64,000 nt of DNA from Felis catus (lineage: Eukaryota). The notes under the pieces were generated by a model, which saw only the letters and a list, made by a program, of their open reading frames with translations, was not told where the DNA came from and searched no databases. The DNA lies in contig NC_058368.1 of the NCBI RefSeq assembly GCF_018350175.1, forward strand, positions 226,612,001 through 226,676,000, in the 5' to 3' direction. This document shows positions 11,590 to 23,190 of the stretch, in pieces. The stretch's first letter is position 1. Each line of letters opens with the position of its first letter. The translations under genes were made by a program, and so were the position numbers.

Positions 11590-12550
11590 GCTGCATACAC
11601 ACCAACATTCGCACGTGAAATGGTGACATCCATGCTCCCCACCTCAAATGTGAGTGGTTCTGTGATGGTGTGATGAATACAATAATACATTATTCCATGC
11701 TAATTTCTGAACCCAAGCCTCAAGAAACCGGCAGCTTCCACTTCTGGTCTCTTGAAAACCTCTTTCTAGAACCCTGAGGAACCATGTAAGGGGTCCAGTT
11801 ACCCTGAAACTGTCCTGCCAAAAAGGTCACCTGTAGGCTCTCCAATCGACAGTCCAGCCCTTGTTGGAAAGGGGCAGGCACGCAGTGTTGACCTTCTAGA
11901 CCAGCCTCTCCACCAGCAGAATACCACCACTGACCTCAATCCACGCCATATGGAGCAGAAAAATTATAGCCAACCCCTACCCAAATTTCTCTTTGGAAAA
12001 AAAAAATTGTGAGATATAAGAAAATGGTGATTGTTTTAAGTAAGTAAACATCAAAGGCAGAAAAGTGGCTTCCCCAAAGATGTCCATGTTCTAACCCCCA
12101 GAAACTTGGACCTGTGACTCCATGGTTAAAAGGCACTTTGCAGATGGGATTACGTTAAAGATCTTGAGATGGATCTTGAGATGAATGAAGTTAAAGATCT
12201 TGAGATCCTGAAATACCTGGGTGGGCCCAAAGTAAGCCTTACAAGAGGGAAGCAGAAGGATCAGAGAGACAGATTTGAAAATGTTATGGTTTTGGCTTTG
12301 ATGATGAAGAGACCATGAACCAAGACGGAAAAAGTAAAGAATGGATTCCCCCTAGAGCCTCCAGAAGAAACACGGCCCTGCCAACACCGCATATTTAGTC
12401 CTCGGAGACTTATTTTAGAGCTTCCGACCTTCGGAACTGTGAGATAATAGATTTGTGTTACATTAAGCTTCTACATTACTGGTAATTTGTTACAGCAGCA
12501 ACAGGAAATTAATTCATTGTTGTCGAGTAATTTGTTATACAATAATAGAT
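11590..12550 (+). mobile_element. Older MLT1 (H-like) LTR, split by a younger MLT1
   Basis: 'caagcctcaagaaaccggcagcttccacttc...ccatgtaag...ccaaatttc...tgtgagatataagaaaatggtgattgttttaag' up to ~12045; terminal piece 'gtaatttgttatacaataatagat' at ~12527-12550. Confidence 0.7.
12050..12516 (+). mobile_element. MLT1D/C-like solo LTR nested in the older MLT1
   Basis: 'ccccaaagatgtccatgttctaacccccagaa...actttgcagatgggatta...ctagagcctccagaagaaacacggccctgccaacacc...ggtaatttgttacagcagcaacaggaaattaattca'. Confidence 0.85.
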
Positions 12551-12559
12551 GAGGACTCC

Positions 12560-12853
12560 ACTCTCCCCACCATCACGCCTCCTGACATATAAATGTTCAC
12601 CCAGACATTTACCTTGCTAATTCCCGTTCATCTTCAGACCTCAGCTTCAATTTTCGTTTCTACGCATGTACTGAATAATGCATTCTTAGAACGTTATTTA
12701 TTTTTATGTTTCTATAATATCTGTGTCTTCATAAGATGAGAGCCTCGGTGTCTGGCTCACCAAGGAGTCCCCACATTCCCCAAGCACAATACCTGGCACT
12801 CAGTAATTTTTGATGAGTGAAAATATCACCTGGTAAATGAATACAGAATGAAT
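12560..12853 (+). mobile_element. L2 3' fragment
   Basis: 'tcatcttcagacctcagcttcaa...agcacaatacctggcactcagta...aatgaat'. Confidence 0.65.
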
Positions 12854-13329
12854 CAGAATATATGCCATGTATTGGAAACATATTCTATAAATGTACAGAG
12901 AAGAGAAAAATTGTGTTGGAAGTACATTCAACTAAAAAAAGTTTTAAGAATGGGAAAGTCTTTTAAACTTGATTATAAAGAACATCATGAAAGCAAGCAA
13001 TTGCTGCACAGAACGGTGTTGAATGAATATTGGAGTATCTGTGATAAGAAACAGCAAGGTCAATTTTTATCCATAAATCTTAATCAAGGTGGTATTTGAT
13101 TAATATACCAGTTGTGACCCTACTGTCACAACAGTGACAATTCCAATTTTCAACGTGTGGAAAATTGGAATTATTGAATTGTTGGTCATATCACATTCAA
13201 CAAAGTTCAAAAAAAAAAAAAACTAGTGAAAGAGACATTTTCAGCTCTTAAAAAAGAAAAAAAAAGAACCAACTTGAATTTTCTAAAAATTACCTCTTCA
13301 ACACGGGAAGTTCCGCACTATCGGAAAAC

Positions 13330-14340
13330 ACAAAATAAAAATAATCTATAATTCCATCACTCAGTGATAACCATTCGTAACATCTGGAAACATGTCCCCT
13401 CAGGTTTTTTTCCTCTTCAGATGCAATCCTATTTGTGGGATTCTATAGGAAATTCTGCTTTATAATATACATTTTTCATAAATAGTTTCCCATATGAAAC
13501 ACTATTTGTGAAGCTGTTTTTGATACCTAAACAGATCTTCGACATATAGATGACTCAATGAAATACTTTACCAATATTTTTACATCACGAATATTAAGAA
13601 GCATATATCTACAATAAAAATTCAGACTTTTAAGGTGATTTCCTAGTGTGAAACTTTTACATCAAAGTGTGCACACATCTTTTAACGCTCTTGATTGACA
13701 AGTATTCGCATTTCCCGGTCATAAGGATAAGGGTAAGCTTGTGAAATAAAATATACCACCTGAAAATTAACAACACACATTAACACATCAACAGCTTCGA
13801 GAAGTTCAGCAATAAAAAAGAGACCTGTGTTGAACTTTGCTTAACGAAAAGACAAACATATTTGACAATGGAAAGATCTTTCTCTACCCACTAGAGCGTG
13901 TACGACCCCACGCAAGCGCTGGTGGCCTTCGTTAGCTTTGTGACAACTTCTGTTTTCATGCTCTGAAAGGTTCTTCTACCTTGAGATCGTAAAACCATTC
14001 ATCTAGGTTTAATTTGAACACTTAAATCTTTCATCCATACAGAATTTATTTTGGCATCAGGAACACATTAGGTTGCCCGTGTTCCTTTTCTTTAAAATGA
14101 GAAGCTGATTTTCCCGTTAGGATGTACTGACAAGGCTTATCCCCTTTATTAATTTATAATGCCATCTTTAACAAACCTTAAATTCCCATATATAACTAAG
14201 TCTCCCCTGAACTCTCAGTTCCATTACACCAAGCTTTACCATACCACACTTCTTAAATGTTTGTAAATGTCTAATATATTTTCATGACACGAAGGAAATG
14301 TTACTCTCATTACTCGTTTCCAAAATTTTCCTGGATATCC
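13330..14340 (-). mobile_element. Degenerate L1ME-like fragments
   Basis: 'ctataattccatcactcagtgataaccattcgtaacat' and 'taaatctttcatccatacagaatttattttgg' resemble old L1M antisense sequence; boundaries approximate. Confidence 0.45.
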
Positions 14341-14659
14341 TCATGTGTACATGTATTCACTCAACAAATGAGTTCAACATACTAAGTAATTCAACATACA
14401 TACTGTCATATACATGTAATGGAGTTGAATTCAACGTCCACATATGGCAGGTACTTAGAGATGCTGGATGCATTCTTCCAGGTAAAGAAAATACAGTTGG
14501 GTCACGTTTCGAAATGAAAATCTTATTTAGAATTATGCTGAATTTATGTAAGCGTGATTTTTCCATACAAACATCTTCCTGTCCCTGAGCAAGGTAGGAT
14601 ATGGAAGCCACAGATAGTGGTCGTGGGTAAGCTGATGACACTAAACCAGCTAATAGGCG

Positions 14660-14790
14660 CATGGACTCACACTGCATATAATTTTTAAATCTCATCTTCA
14701 TAACCAAGACTGAAGTAGAGAACGTTATTATTACTGGTTTACAGAGAAGAAAATTAAGGCTAAGCAACTTAGGCCACCCATAAATGGGGA
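14660..14790 (-). mobile_element. MIR fragment
   Basis: 'atcttcataacc...gttattattactggtttacagagaagaaaattaaggct'. Confidence 0.65.
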
Positions 14791-15876
14791 GTAAAAAAAA
14801 GTGACAAAATTTTTATCTCACGGCTTTTTCCCCCCTCTCATTCATATTAAATGAAGAGTTCAACCGCCTACTTCATTTTCCAAATATATCCATTACCAGA
14901 ATTTAGCTCTTTCTAAATCTCTGAAATTGGAATGAAACAATTTCCTAATCTCTGTACTGACCAGTTCCAACCCAGCTAAACAAAACATGAACTTTACAGT
15001 TTCCCACCTTCTGTGAAATAGAATATAGCTTGCAGAAGATAATCTGAGGTCAAGGTTGGCTCTAGGATAATTCTTTTAAAAAAGGGAAAGAACAATATTA
15101 GTTTCTCCTTTAGGAATGTTTCTCCTAACATTTCTTTATAACAAATCAGTGAACCCACCCCCACCCAAAAAAAACCCGGACACATTTATTAACTGGCCAA
15201 TTCAGCCATATTCTGTGCCAATAAAATGAAACTTACTTCTCCAATTTCATCAGTTAAAAAACCACAGGCTCTAATTTGATACCTTGAGATGTTGGGGAGT
15301 GAAGAATTGAAATAATTCAACGTATCAAGGTTAATAAAGATTAAAAAGGGATTTAATAAAATTTAATTGGTTAGGGGGTAAAGAATATTTTTCCTCTGCC
15401 CTTGAAATTGCGGTACAGAGGCTGAACAGCTCTAGAATTCTGTATTTCTATGTTTGTCCCATTTGGTGAACTAAAATGTTAAAAAAACTTCCTGATAGAA
15501 ACTGGTTATTTATAGAACTAATATTCAATAGATAACAAACCTTGCCTGTTTGTTGGTTTAAAAAAGTTGAAACAAGTGAAAACACAGAAACCAGAAATAT
15601 CTTCTGTTTCATCCTCCTTCTGGAATGTCTATTCTGCTTAAAGAAGTTGTTTGTTTCCTTAACACAAAAGGCAACTAAAAGCCAATGGATGGTAAACATT
15701 CCTATGATGTGCCTCAAGTTTTCCTAAGAAATAGCATTATTCTCTTTTCTAAAAAGTAACTGTACCTCTCAAAATTACCTTGGATTTGCACAGCTTTTGA
15801 TGTCATGGTCTTTATGACTACGGTTGGAAAAACTAATCAAGAGGGCTATTCCTTCTCAGATTCTGCATAAGAACCC

Positions 15877-15990
15877 ACTCATTCATTTAATAAACATTTC
15901 TCAAATACTTATTGTATGGAAGTCTCTGTGGTAGCCACGGAGCACACAAAGGGGGATAAAACAATTCCTTCCTCAGAGGAGTTCAAGCGA
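15877..15990 (-). mobile_element. L2 3' fragment
   Basis: 'ctcattcatttaataaacatttctcaaatacttattgtatg...ccttcctcagaggagttca'. Confidence 0.65.
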
Positions 15991-18742
15991 TTGTAGGAAT
16001 GACCCTATAGAGCCACCAACTGAAAGCATACACAAAACTCTCACGCGATGGATATCTTGATTGAGCCGTATGTAGCCTATTACTTGTCACTGCTATGGAT
16101 CAGGCAGGTCTGGGAATATTTGAAGATTTGATGGGGAGGGCCCAACAGAAGTCATATCTTTGACTGCTGAATAGTAGAAAGTCTTAGTGGCAAATGAAAT
16201 TTCATACTATGAGGACCTAAGCACAGTGCAGGAATTTAGAACATAAAATATTATAAATTGATAAAATCGATGTGTACTAGAAGCTTAAAAATACATGTTC
16301 TCCAGTTCTAACTTTATTAAAAGTGAGCCCACAGCAGAGGAGCCCTTTGCTTTACTCCCAGATTTACATCTTGAGTGTCTTTCGCCATTAAAAACAAAAG
16401 ACCCATTGGTCATGATTGATCCTGTATCTTAGGCAAGAACAACAACAACAAAAACTGGGCCTGCACCATTCCTCATGGCCAGAAAGCAAGGGTGGTCTTA
16501 CAGCCTGAAGGACAGTGCTTTAAGGACAAAGGAGATGCTTAAAGGTTTCCCATAGAAGAAGCTATAAAAAAAAAAAAATCAAACATCAAGCAGAGAGTAA
16601 TAATTATTAATAATTGGAACAATGTGAGCTCATAATCGGACTTAAAAGAGAAAAGTTAATTATCAATTGTGTAAGTAAATATGTTATATAAAATAGCATT
16701 ATCCACAACAGAATATAAGCATAATAGAATGCTTAAATGTGTACAAATTATCATAGTAAGGGTGTGTTAATGGATGGATTCTTCATCAGTGGGCATTTGC
16801 CGTATCTGCATAAGTCAAGGGACTACAAGAAAGGCCAGTCTCACAATTCAGCCCTCCACTGATTTCTATAGAAAATCCACTCCCTCCGAGCACTGTGTGA
16901 GTTTGGCAAAGCCCCGCCATCCCTCCTTCCCATCCATCTCCTCTTTGATCTGCCAGATACCCACCGTGTCCCCTTCCTTTGCAGCTCAAAATCTCCCCAC
17001 CGTGCAGAGAAATCTGGTTTTCTGAAGACCACATCGGGCAATTCACATGTTCAAACACACACAGTTATTTGGAAGAACAAGTGTCCTTCGGGATAGCAGG
17101 CAGCCCGCCCCACCTAGGAAGGCGGTAGTGGTGATAAGCAAAAGTATCCTAGTTACATTTATAATTATAAATTATATTACTATCTGCTTCCCACACACTG
17201 CACTCCTTCTAACAATTCCTCAATCACCTCTTAATGATCACGAACAATACCTAAGCTACTTGTATATCATTCCCTCCAAAATGGGGATTTTCTACGTTTT
17301 ATAAATATGTAGGATATAAAGGAACACACTTTACAGCTAAAGTGCTTTTCTCTCATTATTTGTTAATCAGCCTAACAGCCTTGGGAAGCCTGGGACTTCC
17401 TGAGGAAGTTAGTTTATCCTCAGGAAGTTATTTCCTAGTCAAAGAGGAAATAAACAGACGTGTTAACCTGATCTTTAAGGTCAGACTGTGTCCAGGACTG
17501 CGAAAGGCAAATATTTCCAATGTCGGGTTATTCTTTCTGAAACGTTGGTCCCCACCCCCTTCCATATGCCCTTTTTTGCCTTACACGAGCCCAGAAGTCA
17601 GCCTTGTAGTGTAAAACCCTCCAAAGAGCCCAAAGAAAAGTGGTGGGTACAAAATGTCATAGAACGGTGGCCTATTTGTCATTGACACTTCCAATTATAC
17701 GGTATCCATCGAAAACCTAGTACAAAGAATGTGCAGCCACCCCGTAAATAACTATTTTAGTGAAAGACTGGATGGTCAAAGCACTTTGGAAACATACTCA
17801 ATGTTGTCAGGGAGGGGGGTCTTTAGAACAAGCCCCAATTTTTCCCCACGTGAACCCAGATGGCTTTTTTCCAACTCCCGACTGCGTTACACGCTATGCA
17901 ATATGTTCCTCTCCACCCTTCTATCTTCTTGTCCACGCAGGAGAAGCCAAATCCCCAGCTGCCATGACACCTTTCCCAGTTACTCTAACCCATGCCTCCC
18001 TCCCTTCCTCCCCAACTACAGCACGTTTCAGGCCACTTCTCAGGACACAATCCTACACCACCTACACCAATTACGATTGAACCGATGCACAGGGTTTATC
18101 CCACCAGTAATCGCTAGGTTCTGGCAGCAGTGGGTCTCGCCATAAAATCAAATTCCTCCAGGAGCCAAAGACGTAACAGCAATACTTTGGAAGACGCCTG
18201 TTTAAGGCAATAGAGAATGAAGGGAATTCAGTAGCTGCAGGGTAGATGCCCCACCCGAATCCATTAAATGAAACCCAAAATTAGTTTTGAAAATTCTTCA
18301 GGGAGAAGCAAACACATCCGAGGGTAAGGATCATTCTCTGTGCCACCAACCTGTGACTGACACACATTTTGAATTCTCCCCCTAAGTGCCTAAACAAATG
18401 TATTTAAACCTAGATTACATCCTTTAATAAATTCCCATTGAACTAAATAACTGAGATTACAGATAAGAGAACTTAAGACACGATCCAAGCCTTCATTGCA
18501 AATACACTTAGTTGTATTCAGATGAACCAGAATGTCTATGACTGAAACATATCGATTATGTATTGAGTTTTGTTTGGTTTGGGTTTTTTTGCAAATGACA
18601 GAATGTAGGTGACAGAAAAACACAGAATAATTTTACACATGGGATTAGAATGCTAAAGATCTAATGTTTCCTCTCCTAACTCTACATAAAGGCACTGGCA
18701 GACTCTGGATGTCTCAATTAAGTATTACTTTAAGATGTCCTT

Positions 18743-18744
<2 letters not shown>

Positions 18745-18776
<32 letters not shown>

Positions 18777-18789
18777 GCGCGCACACACA
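18745..18789. repeat. Compound (AC)15(GC)4(AC)3 microsatellite
   Basis: Read directly; uninterrupted purine-pyrimidine alternation. Confidence 0.95.
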
Positions 18790-19297
18790 GAAACCTAATT
18801 TCCTTTTGAGACTATTAAATGACATTTTTGCCATTCTGGATGATTCATTTTGGAAGATAATTCCCTTAAGAAATTAAACTTAGTTCTCGAGTCTGAGATG
18901 GTATTTAGGATTTCATTGTACATTTTTAGGCTTACGTAACAATTTGATGGATACCAAGCTGATGAGTTTTCCACTGCTTAAACTTATCCTCAAGTGCAAA
19001 TTTGACTTCTTTATTAAATCGGGCACACTGAATCTATAATATGCTCAAATCACCCAGTGTAATTGGTGCAGTTTTTCAAAAGTCACCTACCTTACGAGTA
19101 GGCAGTAGTTATTAAACAATGGAGGAAAGTTGGTCATGAAACAGTGAGTTGCTAATTTAATTACCCAAACATGTTAAACTTCAAAGGCTAAAGCCCTGTC
19201 AGGTGTACCTAAATGATGCTGAAATTTTCAGAAATAGTTAGGTTTGAAATTTAATGTTTAAAGGCAAAACAAATCCTCATAATAATGAGGCATCACC

Positions 19298-19562
19298 CAT
19301 ACAGAGAAAGACAGATACCATATGGTTTCACTCTTATGTGGACCCTGAGAAATTAACAGGAACCCATGGGGTAGGGGAAGGAAAAAAAAAAACAGGTTAG
19401 AGTGGGAGAGAGCCAAAGCATAAGAGACTCTTAAAAACTGAGAACAAACTGAGGGTTGATGGGGGGTGGGAGGGAGGAGAGGGTGGGTGATGGGTATTGA
19501 GGAGGGCACCTTTTGGGATGAGCACTGGGTGTTGTATGGAAACCAATTTGTCAATAAATTTC

Positions 19563-19597
<35 letters not shown>
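19298..19597 (+). mobile_element. Young 5'-truncated felid L1 (L1_Fc-like) with poly-A and 17-bp TSD
   Basis: End of ORF2 plus 3' UTR ('agagaaagacagataccatatggtttcactcttatgtgga...gatgagcactgggtgttgtatggaaacc...aataaa'); pure A tract 19568-19599; TSD aataatgaggcatcacc at 19281-19297 and 19598-19614. Confidence 0.95.
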
Positions 19598-19601
<4 letters not shown>

Positions 19602-19950
19602 ATGAGGCATCACCTTCTTCATACATGGAGTAAAAGCTACTAATACCACATTTCTCATTTTGGAATCTCTCCTTCCCGTAAGGTCCCCCAACCACCCTCC
19701 CAGTTTGAAGACGTGTCATTTTAGAACTATTTTGAAAGAGACTTTTTCTATGCCATTTTCTTTCTCCACTTCTTTATTCTTTATTCCTCTTCCTGCATTA
19801 TATGTTTTTACTTTATTTTCTCTGTGTCATGGATGGAGTTTCATTTGATTATGCCGGCTTCAAGGCATAATTCCAGTCTTCCAAGGTACATGCTCTAAGA
19901 CTGGTATCTTTCACCTGTGTATATTTCCAATTAAGGACTACATGGCTCAG

Positions 19951-20166
19951 TTTTTTTTAATTTTTTTAACATTTATTTATTTTTGAGACAGAGAGAGACA
20001 GAGCACGAACAGGGGAGGGGCAGAGAGAGAGGGAGACACAGAATCTGAAACAGGCTCCAGGCTCTGAGCTGTCAGCACAGAGCCCGACGCGGGGCTCGAA
20101 CTCACAGACTGCGAGATCATGACCTGAGCTGAAGTCGGACGCTTAACCGACCAAGCCACCCAGGCG
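19951..20166 (-). mobile_element. SINEC_Fc SINE
   Basis: Reverse copy; TSD core tacatggctca at 19939-19949 and 20170-20180. Confidence 0.95.
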
Positions 20167-21554
20167 GGATACATGGCTCACTTTTAAAGTAACAAGAAGC
20201 AACGTGACTAGTCAGTACTTTTACATTATTCGCACTACAGATCCTATGTCATGAATTATTTAAATCTCACTTTCAAACCCTATGTCTGTCTGATGCAGTG
20301 TGTTAAGGACACAGTTACGATAACCTGCAAATTAACCCTTCAACAGTTTAATACAAAGACAGCTTGGAATATTAACTCTTGCTTTCAACAACCAAGCATT
20401 TAAAGTAAATGTCTAGACGACACACAGACCACAAAAGGGTTTCCATGTATAATATTGACAATCTAGACACAATCGTGGATTAGCATTTCAAAAGGTACGT
20501 CTCACGAGGACTTTCAAAGCATATTTTGATATAAATTCATAAAAATGATCAGCATGAAATTCTTGGTAATTCTACATGACAATTATAAAACAAGCGTTAA
20601 AAATAAATCTTATTCAGAACCGAGTGCTTATAACCATCTCCGTCTTTTACTAAATTTCCATGACTCTGGGCCACACGGACCCCTTCCCAGTCCCCCTGTT
20701 GTCATCTGCCAAATGAAAACCTTTGTATCCCATTCTCAAGAGTGACGTGACAATGAAGCAGTTGAATAATGACGTGCATGAAGGCAGCTGTTCATCATGA
20801 AGTAATATGTGTCCCCACAATGTTTGCTGAATTTGTTGGATGGGCAAAAAGGCTTTTACGGAAATGGAATCTACCTTGAATTAAAAGCATCATCTTTCTC
20901 TTTCTCAGTGACTCACGTGAATTTCGTTTGAGAAGGACACTCAAGTAGAAAGAAGATGACATAAGGAAGACAAAGAGAATAAAACAAAGCCAGATTCCTG
21001 GGCATTTTCAAACTACCTCCACTTAGCACTGGTCTAATTTGGGCACTGAAAACATGTTAACCCATGACTGTATAAATAAACTGGTGGTTTTAGGTACTGT
21101 GGAAAGAAGAGCACCACAAATCCTCGATATATCGACTCATTTCACGCACAGCTCAAATGAAACATTTTAAAATTCATTTCCTCCAGGGAGTTAATTAAAC
21201 GGGCAACTTCACAAAACGATATTAGGTCAATTTGCTTTGAACCGCTATTTTATAACCAGGAAGTAACTTAAAGGTAGTGTTTCCATCTCCAGGTGAGAAG
21301 CCAACCTACACAAGTAGCTTGAGATCCTTTTACCCCTTCAAGGAGGTCCTCTCCTCCTACTGGAAGTACCCGTCTAGGTGAACTCCATCTTTCTCAAACT
21401 CTTTTGAACAGCCTGCCTCAGCTCTGCCACCAGCTCGAGACGGGTAGAGGGCAGGAGACGCACAAAACAGAATTAAATAGCTTCACGCTTAGAAGGCAGC
21501 CACTTTTTTAAAGGTTAGGCTTCTTCCTGATTTGACCATCTCTCACCAAAACGA

Positions 21555-21710
21555 TACTGGGTCAAAGTCCTGCTCCGCAATTTATTAGGTGTGTAATATT
21601 GAGCAAATCTCTTTATTTCTCTGTGCCGCAGGGATTTCTTTGTAAAACAAGTGTATTAGATCAGAAAACTGCCAAAGCTTTGTAGCTCTAAAAATCCTAT
21701 GATTCCATAT
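21555..21710 (+). mobile_element. MIR3-like fragment
   Basis: 'ttgagcaaatctctttatttctctgtgccgcag...tgtaaaa...agctctaaaaatcctatgattc'. Confidence 0.55.
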
Positions 21711-23039
21711 TTGGCTGGCTTGATAACAACATTTATAAGCCATCGCACCTATAAATTGTGTTGTCAGTGAGTTCAATAGCTGAACTTGAATATCTTTAGA
21801 GAGCAGCTGGAGGAAGCTGGCTCTTCCTCAGCCAATTACATTTGGCCTTTGAACTCAACTGTGTCACCTTCCTCCAGCTCAAGAGATGTCTGCGTTGTTG
21901 AGAGGCCGCCATTAAAGCCACACAGTCATAACCCTGTTCTGAGAAAGAAGCCCCAGCTCAGCTTACTGTTCCTAGGAAGCTTCTTCACCATCCATGTGTG
22001 CTTTTCCAGCAATGGGCTGTATGTGGCTTTCATAGCTGAAAGTCAAAGGCCATGGCTTCCAGTACAAAAGAGAACACCCGTGGATGAGAAAGACTGGAGG
22101 AAAAAAAAAAGTATAAGAGAAAGAATAGCAACACAACTGGAAAGAATTAGGCTGTGGCTGACGAAGCTGGAATGCAGATTTTGTTGGGAAAAATGGAACG
22201 TTTCCAGCTTTCTGCACTTGAACCCAAACCCCCTACAGTGTCAGGAAATCAGGAACTTAAACTGTCACATGAAATATAATGGGCTCTAAAGAAGGCCTAT
22301 ACCATTTATCAAGGAGAAAGCACCGCAGGCTGCCAATTCCTTAATAGGGGTGTGGCTTTAGAATCACAAAATTAAAATGCACGAAGCTTTCGCAAGAGAT
22401 TTTGGAACGGAAGGCTACCATTTAGGTAAAAAATACCACTGTCTGTTGGATTGAAACCAAATTGTATCACCATCTGTGCCCATCATGCATAGGAGAGGAG
22501 CCTTATGACCCAAAGCGAATGAGTGGGAACAACAGATAGACAGCAAGGACATAAGTCCTTACACTGATTAGAGTCAGTAAATGTGACCGATGTCTCAACC
22601 ATTAGGCTTGGTGGCTCAAAATATAAATCTAAGCTAAAGTTAGAGACTCTCCAGGAAAAGCTTAAAAAAAAAAAAAGGTTTTGAGAAACTTGTGGGTCTA
22701 TCATCTCTCATGTCTTGCAGAACTTTCCAGGAGAGTATGTTCTCTGAGGAGTCCACTCTGACAAGACACCACGCTCTGGGCTGTGAACACTACTCGTCCA
22801 GGGACTCCTCATGATGCTTTCAGGGCTGTTCTGGCCCCAAGGCCAGAGCATCTCAGGAGAAGCTTTCGGCCAGCAGCCCTGCACTTTGGATGGCCAAGAC
22901 CCATGCTCCTAAGGGGTCTTCTCAGCCCTGTTCGGGACTTCTTCCCAGAGGTGGGAGGCAGCATTTTTCAAAGAATAGTTCGTGATGATTTAGATGGCAG
23001 TCTTCAGGTCACACAGAAGCCACAACTCCCAACTCCCCT

Positions 23040-23190
23040 GTCATGTGTATGCTTCAGTGAGTTTTAGTAATGTACCGTGCTGTGCAACTTGCACCACGAT
23101 CCAATTTTAGAACCCTGTCATCTCCCTAGTAAGTCCCTCGTGTCTGTCACAGTCAGTGACCATCTCTACCACCAGCCCCAGGGTAGCGCA
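23040..23190 (-). mobile_element. L1MB-like 3' end fragment
   Basis: 'ttcagtgagttttagtaatgt...tgtgcaac...caccacgatccaattttagaac'. Confidence 0.65.

Noticed and set aside
16400..16800. Possible L1MC/L1MD 3' UTR remnant
   Set aside because: Only vague motif similarity; cannot be supported.
21786..22289. Longest ORF in the track (167 aa)
   Set aside because: TTG start, no recognisable homology, overlaps an A-run, antisense within an intron; no coding evidence.
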